This document shows, in pieces, positions 27,273-40,527 of a DNA stretch of 44,874 nucleotides. Under the pieces are notes generated by a model. That model made no database searches. It saw only the letters and a program-made list of their open reading frames with translations, and had not been told where the DNA came from. Position numbers and translations under genes: made by a program. Position 1 is the first letter of the stretch. Every line of letters starts with the position of its first letter. Source of the stretch: Planctomycetales bacterium 4484_113 (GTDB lineage Bacteria; 4484-113); NCBI GenBank assembly GCA_002050035.1, contig MVCR01000005.1, positions 1 through 44,874 of the forward strand, read 5' to 3'.

Positions 27273-27920
27273 CTAAGGCTCGAAAACCGCATCCTCTCCC
27301 ACGTATGGATTGTCCTTCTTCTCCTCGCCGATCGTGGTCGGCGGGCCGTGACCGGGAAAAACCACCGTCGAATCAGGAAGATTAAACAGCCTCTCGCGGA
27401 TGGAAGTGAGCAGCAGTTTCCCATCACCGCCGGGCAGGTCCCAGCGACCGATACCGCCCCGGAAGATGACGTCGCCGGAGAAAAGCCCTGCAGTGGTGAG
27501 AAAGGAAACATGCCCCGGCGTGTGCCCAGGAGTACTGATAACTTGTATCTTCTCCGCACCCAGCAAGAACTCGTCGCCATCACCACACCAGACATCTACC
27601 GGCGGTGAGAGCTCTGGCGTACCAAAGCCCCAGGAGACAGCAGCCTGTGCTGCGTGCCGGAAAACCGCCTCATCCCCGCGAGGGCATATCAACGGAACGC
27701 GCCATTCCCGCTTGAAGAGAGCGTTGTTCCAGATGTGGTCGAAGTGTCCGTGCGTATTGAAAATATACTTCGGGACTAAGCGTTCGCTCTCGGCGAAATC
27801 AGCAAATCCTTCCGACCCGATCGCCGGGTCAATGAGTGCGGCCTCGCGGGTGCTTTCATCCCATAGCAGATAGACGTTGTTTCCCAGGGGACCGCAGACC
27901 TCAGTGTGCACCTGTATCAT
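27273..27920 (-). CDS. MBL-fold metallo-hydrolase (glyoxalase II/YcbL-like)
   Basis: NNVYLL, IDP, THGHFDH, TPGHTPG, FSGD, PGHG. ATG 27920 (MIQVH) is the plausible start. Confidence 0.94.
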   Translation of the reverse strand: MIQVHTEVCGPLGNNVYLLWDESTREAALIDPAIGSEGFADFAESERLVPKYIFNTHGHFDHIWNNALFKREWRVPLICPRGDEAVFRHAAQAAVSWGFGTPELSPPVDVWCGDGDEFLLGAEKIQVISTPGHTPGHVSFLTTAGLFSGDVIFRGGIGRWDLPGGDGKLLLTSIRERLFNLPDSTVVFPGHGPPTTIGEEKKDNPYVGEDAVFEP

Positions 27921-28032
27921 CAGCTTGGGGATAATACCGCAATCGCACCGCTTCGCGGAATACCTGAGGCTGAACGCAGTAACCCGCGCCAGGGCATGCC
28001 GGGCAAACACAACCGCGGGTTCTACCGCGAGC

Positions 28033-31662
<3,630 letters not shown>

Positions 31663-31820
31663 ATCAATCCTCCATGCCGGATAGTATCAGTTGAGAGGAG
31701 GCTTCACGGCTTCCTTCTCGGCAAGAGTGACTCGCTGCTCGTGGGCAACGCGGCGGGCGATGGCCTCGCCTTCCACGAGGCTTACTCACTTCCCGCTTCA
31801 TACCCCACCTACACCTGTAA

Positions 31821-31838
31821 TCGTGATGAATATCACTA
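31821..31838. promoter_or_regulatory. Palindromic operator TCGTGATGAATATCACTA (Rex- or CRP/FNR-like) upstream of PFOR
   Basis: GTGAT-N4-ATCAC core in an AT-rich leader. An extended -10 (TGgTATTAT) lies at 31880-31872 on the minus strand. Confidence 0.55.
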
Positions 31839-32012
31839 AGTCAACCGCAGAGAATCACTCGAATCCACTCAATAATACCACATTGCCCAGCACTTTCTTG
31901 CCTACCTGCGCGAATCTCCGCAGCCCGTGTGGAAACGGCGTTCGCGGCTCCCGAAAGAGAATGGAGTAACTGACCAGATGGCAATTCCGCCAACGCGAAC
32001 TGCAATGAGGAG

Positions 32013-35000
32013 CTACTCAGTTGCAGAGGGTTCGGTAGTGCCCTCTTCCACCGGAGCCAGCAGTTGGTCGAAGGGCTTCAAACTGGCACCCACGGCGAAC
32101 TGCGGCGTGCTTTCCGCCAGGAAATGCGGAGCTAGCTCTTGAGCGGTTGCCTTCGTGAGGTCATGGCTGAGGTCAACGAGAAACAGACCCTCCGACCCCT
32201 CGAAGGAACCATAGCCCACCAACAGCTTCCCGTCTGGGCTCAGTCGCCAGCCAGACGGGGTGAAGCCGTTGAGCCTGGAGATGTTGAGCGGAAATGAAGG
32301 TGCCCCTCCCGTTGAGGAAAGGTCCTGCGCAACTACGATTTCACCGCCTTCGAGATTGTAGGCGACCACGCTTCCAGACAGGCTAACCCTAAGATTGAAC
32401 TTCCGGCTTGAGTCAGCGGTGAGCTGCGCCCGCTCTCCAGTGGAAACTGCGACGCTGTAGACCTGATTGTCCGAGCCCAGCAGCACCGCCGAGGAAGCAT
32501 CTCCCAGAAGCTTCCCTTCCACCACGCCCTTCATCATCTGCATCGGCTTACCGACGCTACCAGTGAAAGGATCAAGTCGGAAGAGGCGCGCGAGCCCCTC
32601 TCGATCGAGCGTGAGGATCGCCTTGCCGTCCGGGGTGATGTCGAGTACTCTCTCGCCATCGCCGCCGACAGGAACTATGCCGGACTCTTTCTGATAGAGG
32701 TAGCCGCGTGTGCCGAGGTCGGTCTCAAGGTTGAAGGCAAAGACTTCAGGGCTTGTCGCAAGCTGGAGACTGGCCACCCGACCGTGACTTGGAGCGAAGC
32801 TGAAAACCTCGGTGCCGTTTCCCAGCTGGTAAAGGTGGAAACCACCCGCAGAGGAAACGGCGAGCATCCGGCCGCCGGGAGACAGCTCCACTTCCTGCGG
32901 GTTGGCTACGAAGGGCGGAAACGCCGTGCGAGCGCTGCCGTCGAATTCGGTTAGCTTGATCTGAAGCATGTTTGCCTTCTCATCCCGCTGGACAAACGCA
33001 ATCGGATACCGGTACGCGGGGGGAGCACGGAAAACCCTCACTTTCACCGGGTCAGTGTCGAAGGAGGTTCCCTTGCCGTCCGAGACGGTAAGCTGCAATT
33101 GATACTCTCCCGGCTGGTCGAGGATAAAGCGGGGTCTCTCGCCTTCGCCGAAGAGGTCACTCACCTTCCAGCGGTAGAAAAGAGGGAAAACGCCGCCGTT
33201 CACAATTGCACGAGGCTTGAGGGTGAAGGGGGCTATCCCGAGAAGAGTGGCTGGCAGGTCGATGGAAGCCATCAGCTCGCCTCCCCCCACAGGAACGGTC
33301 CGCTCCCGCTCGTATGTCCGGAAGCCATCGCTTACCGTCATACGCACACGATAAACCCCCGGTCTCGCATATCGTTTCTTCGGGCTCCCCACTCTGGATT
33401 GGGTGCCATCGCCAAAATCCCAGCTCACACTCGCACCACGCGGAACCTCTCGTGGTTTGAAGACAACCTCAAGCCCATCACGAGCGAACTCCGGTATGAA
33501 GCTAGGCCGTCCCAGCGCAGGCTGGACGCCCGCTAGAGCTTCCTCTTCATCAGCCCCCACGCTCACGGGCACGAACGCCTTGTCGCTTCGACCTTGGACA
33601 TCAGTCAGTAGCACGGTGAGGATGTAGTAACCAGCATTCTCGAAGCGAACACTGAAATCGGTCTGCTCAGCAGTGATCGGTTCCCCTACGCCGGTGTCAA
33701 TCTCCAGGCGATACGGAGGCTGACCGTTTCTCACTTCCACCGAAAAGCTCGCATCACCAGGGCGGGCGAGCGAAACGCTCATCGGCTTGAGGCGCAGGCG
33801 AATCCGTCCCTCCGCCATCCGGCTGGCGGGGAGAATCTCTGCCGCGACCTGGCGATGCACTTCGACGCCCTCGGCGTCTCGAAGCGTCAGCTTGAGCGTC
33901 CGCTTCCCAGGGCTGTCGAAGCGGAGCAGCACCGCCTGCTCATCTGAGGTCTGCCCTTCTGGAAGCTCCCAAGCAAAGCTGTAAGGCGGTGCCCCGCCGG
34001 TAACGGATGCGCCCACGACCACCTTGCCATCCACCCTTTGCTGGGCCGGAAACACCATCGCATGCACGGCGAGTGGCATCACAGGATCAGCTGCACCCTT
34101 CGGTAGCTCTACCGCGGCGAAAGCAATGTCGCTGCCCACCGGCTGCTGGTCGTCTTCAACACGGAGGACGGTGAGCACAGAACCGTACGTATCGTAGTGC
34201 TGAGTGACTTGAGGCTGCGAGGAGACTTCGTCAATCACGCCGTCAGCATCCAGGTCCCAGAAGTAGCCGGCGATCTTGCCATCCTCGTCGGTAGATTCTT
34301 CAGCGGAGTACTCCACGGTGTATCCAGGCTCTGGCGGCGGTTTCTCTGGGGTGGGTTCCTGCTCGACCAGGAATCCCCTCTTCCCTGGTTCCGCCGCCGG
34401 AGGCTCCACCAGGCGCTCGGGAGGGACTTCAGGTTCCACGCCCGTCTCCTCTGTTTTCCCGGAGGCCTGACCTTCCGTACCAGTCGCTTCTCCGGCTCCC
34501 GCTGAGACTTCCCCTTCACCACGAGTGGGGGACTGCTTCTCTGACGATTGAGCGCTGCCCGCATCCTCGGGGGGAGAATGAACGGGCTCGGGCTGCGCTT
34601 CCGCTCCGGGAGCTTCCGCTGGCGTCTCCGTTGCAGGTGCTTCCGTCTTCGGAGCGCCTGCCAATGCCTCTTGACGCGCTTCCCCTGCCAGTGGCTCCGC
34701 AGCAGCGGGAGGTACTTGTTGAGCCGCACCTTCTTCAGCCGCCTTCTCCTTCGCCGCCGCTTCTTCCGCCGTGACCAAGTCGTATGTCAACCTGGCCACT
34801 GGCGGCTCGTTGATGAACGGTGCTTCGTGAGGGATTACCTGCAAAGCGTAGGTCGCGAACTTCGTAATCCGTGTGCTGGCGACGTTGTTATATGTATCTA
34901 GGCTGACCGCCGCCAGCGGCATCCACTGACCGCTTATCTCCTGGACAATCGTGATGTCGTCCTCGCTTTCGTCGGCCGCGAGGTCATCATCGAAGTAGTG

Positions 35001-35390
35001 GATGGCGAGAAGTGCTGGCTTGGCGAGCACCAGGTCGTTCGGTGTAAGCAAATAGGCACTCTCGCGGACAAAGCCCTCGGGGGCATCTGTCGCCATCTGC
35101 ACCTGGACATAGGCATCGGCGGAAATGGCTCTCGAAGGAATGGTGAGCTTCAAGTTGCGGAAGATGAGCTGACCTCCAAAGGCGCCAATGAGCTTTCGCT
35201 CCCTCAGCGAGGAGGCTTGCTCTTCCATCTGCTGGCTTGCCGTCTTCTCCGGTTCGGTCCGCTCGATGGGCGTGCCCACGGGCCCGGTGCCCTGGCAGCC
35301 GGAAGCAGCCAGGATAGCCAGGAACAACCCACTGAATAACCACAACTTCAAGTACAAACTACGCATCTTAGCTTTTGGGAGCGATTCCAT
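32013..35390 (-). CDS. Large lipoprotein: ZU5-like domain, Pro/Glu-rich linker, multiple PKD domains, C-terminal TolB/WD40-like propeller
   Basis: Lipobox AASG-C; PKD motifs YFWDLDADG, SWDFGDG and GG..PY repeats; LSPGG, ITPDG and LSPDG blades. Start may be 35366. Confidence 0.82.
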   Translation of the reverse strand: MESLPKAKMRSLYLKLWLFSGLFLAILAASGCQGTGPVGTPIERTEPEKTASQQMEEQASSLRERKLIGAFGGQLIFRNLKLTIPSRAISADAYVQVQMATDAPEGFVRESAYLLTPNDLVLAKPALLAIHYFDDDLAADESEDDITIVQEISGQWMPLAAVSLDTYNNVASTRITKFATYALQVIPHEAPFINEPPVARLTYDLVTAEEAAAKEKAAEEGAAQQVPPAAAEPLAGEARQEALAGAPKTEAPATETPAEAPGAEAQPEPVHSPPEDAGSAQSSEKQSPTRGEGEVSAGAGEATGTEGQASGKTEETGVEPEVPPERLVEPPAAEPGKRGFLVEQEPTPEKPPPEPGYTVEYSAEESTDEDGKIAGYFWDLDADGVIDEVSSQPQVTQHYDTYGSVLTVLRVEDDQQPVGSDIAFAAVELPKGAADPVMPLAVHAMVFPAQQRVDGKVVVGASVTGGAPPYSFAWELPEGQTSDEQAVLLRFDSPGKRTLKLTLRDAEGVEVHRQVAAEILPASRMAEGRIRLRLKPMSVSLARPGDASFSVEVRNGQPPYRLEIDTGVGEPITAEQTDFSVRFENAGYYILTVLLTDVQGRSDKAFVPVSVGADEEEALAGVQPALGRPSFIPEFARDGLEVVFKPREVPRGASVSWDFGDGTQSRVGSPKKRYARPGVYRVRMTVSDGFRTYERERTVPVGGGELMASIDLPATLLGIAPFTLKPRAIVNGGVFPLFYRWKVSDLFGEGERPRFILDQPGEYQLQLTVSDGKGTSFDTDPVKVRVFRAPPAYRYPIAFVQRDEKANMLQIKLTEFDGSARTAFPPFVANPQEVELSPGGRMLAVSSAGGFHLYQLGNGTEVFSFAPSHGRVASLQLATSPEVFAFNLETDLGTRGYLYQKESGIVPVGGDGERVLDITPDGKAILTLDREGLARLFRLDPFTGSVGKPMQMMKGVVEGKLLGDASSAVLLGSDNQVYSVAVSTGERAQLTADSSRKFNLRVSLSGSVVAYNLEGGEIVVAQDLSSTGGAPSFPLNISRLNGFTPSGWRLSPDGKLLVGYGSFEGSEGLFLVDLSHDLTKATAQELAPHFLAESTPQFAVGASLKPFDQLLAPVEEGTTEPSATE

Positions 35391-35528
35391 CCATTACTAG
35401 GAATCCCCCGGGCGCAAACTTGTTCAAGTCCCAGTCGTTTGCGATTATAGCATCAGAGCGCGTGGTTTTCGCGGGAATCCACCGCGCCTATAGCGTCAAT
35501 TCCCCAATTCGGGTAGAATACAGCGTCG

Positions 35529-35885
35529 ATGATAAAAGAGGGCTACCTGCTCGTGGTCATACTGCGTGAGGTCGGATACCTGGAGCCAATTCTCGACGCG
35601 CTGATGGAAGTGGGTATCAGCGGAGTCACGGTTCTGAGCTCCCGAGGAATCAGCGCCGACACTTATCGCCATCACATTGAGGAGTTCTCCATCGCAACCC
35701 TGATGGACCATCTGCTCGTGTCGAACAAGGCGGAAAGCAAGACATTGGTCGTGCTCGCTAGGTATAAGAAAGTGCTGACCAAGGCGCGAAAGCAAATCGA
35801 AAAGGTAGTCGGCGACATTGACGAACCAAAGAACGCTATCGTTTTCACCATCCCGGTGCAGGACATTTGGGGAATCCCCGACTGA
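35529..35885 (+). CDS. P-II-like (GlnB-fold) protein, non-canonical
   Basis: ILDALMEVGISGVTVLSSRG and GDIDEPKNAIVFTIPV..IWG fit the P-II-like fold. Lacks the canonical T-loop YRGAEY. Confidence 0.75.
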   Translation: MIKEGYLLVVILREVGYLEPILDALMEVGISGVTVLSSRGISADTYRHHIEEFSIATLMDHLLVSNKAESKTLVVLARYKKVLTKARKQIEKVVGDIDEPKNAIVFTIPVQDIWGIPD

Positions 35886-35925
35886 TTCCACCTAGGCGCC
35901 AGGAACGACACTGGAGAACCAGACT

Positions 35926-38901
35926 ATGAAGCATACGGCATCATTGCTCGGCAAGTGCGGCATCGCACTGCTGCTGATTACGCTGCTTGTATCCTGCGGG
36001 CATAGCCGCTCGCTAATCTCATCGGTTCCCTCTGCAAGCGGCGGGAGTGGACCGAGCGCAAGCTCGCTAGCTGACGGCGCATATGGCGACTACTCGCTGG
36101 CTGGAGAAGCTAACTCTACGGGCCTGCCGGCGGACGCTCGATATAAGGGGCCCTACCGGCTGCCGGAGGGGCGCATCGTCTACACGCAGGAGACGATTGA
36201 CGAGTATCCGTTGCTCAAGGAAGCCGGCATCCAGCCAGGAATATACCAGATGGATGAGCCTGTGGCGGGGAAATCATCCAGCACGGTGAACATCGACCAC
36301 GAGGGGATGATTGCGCCCTCGACCGGCAATGTAAAGGCGCTGGTGCTCAAGGTGCAGTATGCATCCACCGCGGGGAATCATCATTGGACGAATACACAGA
36401 TCAACCACCGCCTCTTTGAGCCGGACAGCGATATCGACATCGAAGGCAGTCTGCACGACTTCTATGAGCGGCAATCCTACAACCAGCTACATATCGACGG
36501 CGACATTTACCCGACGGATGAGGACACCTATTATCAGGTGTCGGGAAGCCCGCAGATTTTCGGAAACATGCTAAAACTCACCCGCACACAGTGGCTTGAT
36601 TTGATGAATCAGGCTGATGCTGACTTGAACTTCAACAACTACGACAGTGATGGAGACCACAACGTGGATTGCGTGTATCTGCTCTTTCGCAAGTTCACCG
36701 GCGTGGAGATCAGAGAATATGTGGGCTTTCCAGGAATCGGCGTGACGTGGTATCAGAGTGACTTCAATTACGACAACGTTAAGGTGATGCGGGTGGTCGT
36801 GCTTGATGACTCCGCCATAGAGCCGAACGTTTTCGTGGCTTTCCACGAGACCGGCCATGTTCTGGGGCTTCCTGACTACTACGACTACGGGGGCGACTAC
36901 TCGGAAAGGGACAATCCGGGGCCCGATGGAGATGAGAGCAACGGGTGCGGCTTCTGGGAGCTGATGGCGGCAGGGAACTACGTCTACCCCTGCCAGGGGC
37001 TTTCGGCGCTGAACAGATATATCTTGGGATGGGACACGCCCATTAATGTAACAACCAATATGCACGACGTGCACATCCCCCCTCGGGAATCAGGGATGGG
37101 GCACATCTATCGTTTGTGGAAAAACGGCGTTGAGGGACCGGAGTACTTCCTCATAGAGAACCGGGGCACCAACGGGGAATGGATAGTAAGCCACTTCAAC
37201 AGCAGTTATTACCCCTCGAAGGTCTACCTTCAATTGATGCCCCTTGACTTGCGCAAAGTGCCACCTGGGCTGCTTATCTGGCACGTGGACGAGAATGTAT
37301 ACAACGGGCTTGTTAGCGATCAGGATGTGGGCAAGTGGGGTTACGGCTGCAACGACTACGAGGAACACAAGTTCCTGGATTTGGAGGAAAGCGGCGCTAC
37401 CTACTCGATCAACTACGATAGCTGGGAAACCATCGTGGACCACCGTGATTACGGGACCAACAAGTCATATAGTGGCGGCACTTACGACCCGTGGCCGGAA
37501 ACCTTGAACTCAGTCGTCTACGACCGCTTCGGACCGGACACGATTCCGAACTCACACTCCTATGATGGGGAAAACACCTATGTTGAAGTCAGCCATATCC
37601 GCTGGGAGGGAGACGATATTGTTTGCGACCTGACCATCGGGGGGCCTGATATTGAGTTTGAGTTCCCGAATCCGGCGGTGCTCTCGGGAGTAGTTACCCT
37701 TACTCCCACCCTAGCGACCAACGTCTCTTCGGTGGACTACTACATCGACGATGACCTGCGCGCAACGATTGATGCGGCACCGTTCTCTTTTGAGTTTGAT
37801 ACCAGCGGATACGGCTTCGCCAGCGTACGCCTGAAAGCGGTGGCGCACGGCATTGATGTTCCTCAAGACGACATCTTCGAGCTTGACCTCATCATTGACA
37901 ACACTGATGGCGCATTCCCGCAGGTGGTGGACTTCGATGGCGGAGGCACCGAGATGGCGGGAAGCAGCCTGCCGGCAACAACATGGTTAAGCCAGATTAA
38001 CGGCGGCTATCAGGGAAGTGCGGCCGCATACGGAACCCACCGCGACGGCGGAGGATACGACGACAGCCTGCAGGCGCTGGCGGTGCTGCCACTGTTTGAT
38101 TTAACCGAGGAGACAGCGCCCACCCTGGTGTTCTTCCAGCACTACAATCTGGAATCGGGCCCCGATACTGTTTCCGTGGTGGTCAGCAGCGACAGTTTCG
38201 CCAGCGACTTCACTGTGGCTGACACCCAAGCGGGCAATGATGCCACCTACACCGGCTACCGTGAGGACTGGCAGAGAGTACACGTTAACTTGAGCCCCTG
38301 GGCAGGGCAAAAGGTGCATGTAGGCTTCCTCATCACCACCAACGGCAACACCGTTGGCGAGGAGCCGAGTGCACCTGCCGGCTGGTGGGTGGACCACATC
38401 GTGCTGGCGACACGCTACACCGATTCCGTTCCCATGATTCAGGACCCGGGCATCAGCTCAGGCGCCACGGTTGGCATCGTACCCCAGCTTCCCGAGCTTG
38501 TCTTCACTCCCAGCGCCTCGGGTGACCCGCAAGAGCTCGACTACGTGCTGCTCCTCGACGGCGGAGGCGACATCGATGGCACGGTGAATGCTCCGCCATT
38601 TGAGGCGCACATCGACGTGAGCCACCTCAACAACCAGCGGGCGGTGTTGAGATTGCAGGTGTTCAATGAAAATGACGTGCCCAGCCCGGCAGTTGAGGTG
38701 CCGCTTTTCATCTACAACCTGCGCTCGGATGCGAACAGCGACGGTGTCGTGGATGAGAGTGACCATGCAACCATCGTCTCCGCATTCGGGCTCAACACGT
38801 CCAGCCCCGACTATCGCCCGTGGCTGGATACGAATAGCGACGGAGCGGTAGACGAGCGTGACCTTTCAAGTGTGGGCTACGATTTCGGTAGGACGCTGTG
38901 A
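35926..38901 (+). CDS. M6-family (immune inhibitor A-like) metalloprotease lipoprotein with Ig-like, jelly-roll and dockerin-like domains
   Basis: Lipobox LLVS-C, HETGHVLGLPDYY, Met-turn WELMAAG, EYFLIENR, GLLIWHVDE, APFSFEFDT (Ig-like), C-terminal DANSDGVVDESD...DTNSDGAVDERD. Confidence 0.92.
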   Translation: MKHTASLLGKCGIALLLITLLVSCGHSRSLISSVPSASGGSGPSASSLADGAYGDYSLAGEANSTGLPADARYKGPYRLPEGRIVYTQETIDEYPLLKEAGIQPGIYQMDEPVAGKSSSTVNIDHEGMIAPSTGNVKALVLKVQYASTAGNHHWTNTQINHRLFEPDSDIDIEGSLHDFYERQSYNQLHIDGDIYPTDEDTYYQVSGSPQIFGNMLKLTRTQWLDLMNQADADLNFNNYDSDGDHNVDCVYLLFRKFTGVEIREYVGFPGIGVTWYQSDFNYDNVKVMRVVVLDDSAIEPNVFVAFHETGHVLGLPDYYDYGGDYSERDNPGPDGDESNGCGFWELMAAGNYVYPCQGLSALNRYILGWDTPINVTTNMHDVHIPPRESGMGHIYRLWKNGVEGPEYFLIENRGTNGEWIVSHFNSSYYPSKVYLQLMPLDLRKVPPGLLIWHVDENVYNGLVSDQDVGKWGYGCNDYEEHKFLDLEESGATYSINYDSWETIVDHRDYGTNKSYSGGTYDPWPETLNSVVYDRFGPDTIPNSHSYDGENTYVEVSHIRWEGDDIVCDLTIGGPDIEFEFPNPAVLSGVVTLTPTLATNVSSVDYYIDDDLRATIDAAPFSFEFDTSGYGFASVRLKAVAHGIDVPQDDIFELDLIIDNTDGAFPQVVDFDGGGTEMAGSSLPATTWLSQINGGYQGSAAAYGTHRDGGGYDDSLQALAVLPLFDLTEETAPTLVFFQHYNLESGPDTVSVVVSSDSFASDFTVADTQAGNDATYTGYREDWQRVHVNLSPWAGQKVHVGFLITTNGNTVGEEPSAPAGWWVDHIVLATRYTDSVPMIQDPGISSGATVGIVPQLPELVFTPSASGDPQELDYVLLLDGGGDIDGTVNAPPFEAHIDVSHLNNQRAVLRLQVFNENDVPSPAVEVPLFIYNLRSDANSDGVVDESDHATIVSAFGLNTSSPDYRPWLDTNSDGAVDERDLSSVGYDFGRTL

Positions 38902-38986
38902 GCTGCTGAATTCTTCTTGATAAGTCGTGTCGCTCCGCGTTGAAGATTCGCTCGCGCAATTTCACCTAGTCGTTGCGCTCAATCAC

Positions 38987-39014
38987 TTGCAATCATCTTC
39001 CGCGCGTTTATAAT
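38987..39014 (+). promoter_or_regulatory. Sigma70 promoter TTGCAA-16-TATAAT for dnaB-purD
   Basis: Hexamers at 38987-38992 and 39009-39014 in the intergenic region. Confidence 0.65.
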
Positions 39015-39086
39015 CGGCAGCAATCCTTCGGCGTCGAGAATTCCAGCGCGGAAGGTCAACCGCAATACTGTTGAACGGGAATCGGC

Positions 39087-40508
39087 TTGGATGTAGAGAG
39101 GGAAAGCGTCGAATTTCTGGGAAGAGTGCTACCGCACTCGCAGGAGCTTGAGCAGGCGGTTCTGGGAGCTATTCTTCAGGATGCGCAAGACGCTCTGCCG
39201 GTGGCGATGGAGATTCTCACCCACGAGAGTTTCTACTATCCCGCACACCAGATAATTTTCGATACGCTTACTCGGCTACATCTACGCGGCGTGCCGCCCG
39301 ACCCGCTGGCAGTGATTGAAGATTTGCGCAGCCGCGAGCTTCTGGAGCGGGTAGGAGGCGAGAGCTATCTCTACGCCCTAGTGACGGCGGTTCCTGATGC
39401 CAGCGCGGTAGAAACGCACGCCCAGGTGTTGCGTGAGAAGGAACTGTTACGCAGGCTGATTTCTGAATCCAACGTGTTGCTCAAGGAGGCTTACAGCCAG
39501 GAGAAGAGCGTGCAAGAGATCCTCGATGACGCCGAGCGTCGCATTCTGCAGATTGACGCCGGACTCATGAGTGGTCGCTTCTCGGATTTGGATACAGCAT
39601 TACGCGAGTTCATGTCCGCCTACGAGGAGGAGCAAAGGGTTGGCCCCGATGGCCAGATGATATCCACGCTGAAAAAGCTGCGCGGTCTTGATTCGGGCTA
39701 CCCGCAGCTTGACCGCCTGCTCGGAGGGTTCAAGCGAGGCGACCTTATCATTGTGGCGGCTCGACCGGGCGTGGGCAAGACAGCACTGGTTCTCAACTTC
39801 GCGCACCGCATCGCCACCCGTGGCAAGGCTGTCGGTATCTTCTCCATGGAGATGGGCAAGGAGCAGGCTGCAATGCGGCTCCTTGCCATGACCTCTGGCA
39901 TTTCTAGCAGTCGCATTGACCGGGGAGAGTTCAACCGCGAGGAGATGAGCACTATCCGACGCTGCTACGAGGAGATGGCTTCCCTGCCCATCTACATCGA
40001 CGACTCCTCGATGCTCAACATCCGAGCGCTTAAGAACCGCGCCCGACGCCTGTGGGCACAACATCAGGTGGAGATAATTATGGTAGACTACCTCCAGCTG
40101 ATGGAAGGCATGCGTCCGGGCGAAGAAGGCAGGGTGCAGGAGGTAACGGAAATCAGCCGCGGGCTCAAGCAAATCGCCCGCGAACTGAAGATACCGCTCA
40201 TAGCTTGCAGCCAGCTCTCGCGCCAGGTGGAACACCGTTCAGACCGCAAACCCTTGCTATCCGACCTGCGAGAATCCGGCTCCATCGAGCAGGACGCGGA
40301 TGTGGTGATTATGATGTACCGCGAGGACTACTATGAGCTTCAGCGTGGCGAGCACGCGACTTCAGAGGTTATGGGCAGCGTGGTCGATCTGAACATCGCC
40401 AAGCACCGCAACGGTCCAACCGGACAGGTCAAGCTAACCTACTTGCATCCTTACCTGCGCTTCGAGCCGTACGCCAGCGAGGATATCCCCATCGGCGACT
40501 ACGAATGA
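39087..40508 (+). CDS. dnaB: Replicative DNA helicase
   Basis: PHSQELEQAVLG, AARPGVGKT, FSMEM, VDYLQLM, SQLSR, SDLRESGSIEQDAD, KHRNGPTG. No intein. Confidence 0.98.
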   Translation: MDVERESVEFLGRVLPHSQELEQAVLGAILQDAQDALPVAMEILTHESFYYPAHQIIFDTLTRLHLRGVPPDPLAVIEDLRSRELLERVGGESYLYALVTAVPDASAVETHAQVLREKELLRRLISESNVLLKEAYSQEKSVQEILDDAERRILQIDAGLMSGRFSDLDTALREFMSAYEEEQRVGPDGQMISTLKKLRGLDSGYPQLDRLLGGFKRGDLIIVAARPGVGKTALVLNFAHRIATRGKAVGIFSMEMGKEQAAMRLLAMTSGISSSRIDRGEFNREEMSTIRRCYEEMASLPIYIDDSSMLNIRALKNRARRLWAQHQVEIIMVDYLQLMEGMRPGEEGRVQEVTEISRGLKQIARELKIPLIACSQLSRQVEHRSDRKPLLSDLRESGSIEQDADVVIMMYREDYYELQRGEHATSEVMGSVVDLNIAKHRNGPTGQVKLTYLHPYLRFEPYASEDIPIGDYE

Positions 40509-40527
40509 CAACAAGGAGGAATGGCTC

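Noticed and set aside
34330-34770. Low-complexity Pro/Glu/Ala stretch as a tandem DNA repeat
   Set aside because: No exact repeating nucleotide unit; it is a disordered protein linker within the PKD lipoprotein.
39087-40508. Intein in DnaB
   Set aside because: Normal length with contiguous helicase motifs; no Cys...His-Asn splice junctions.
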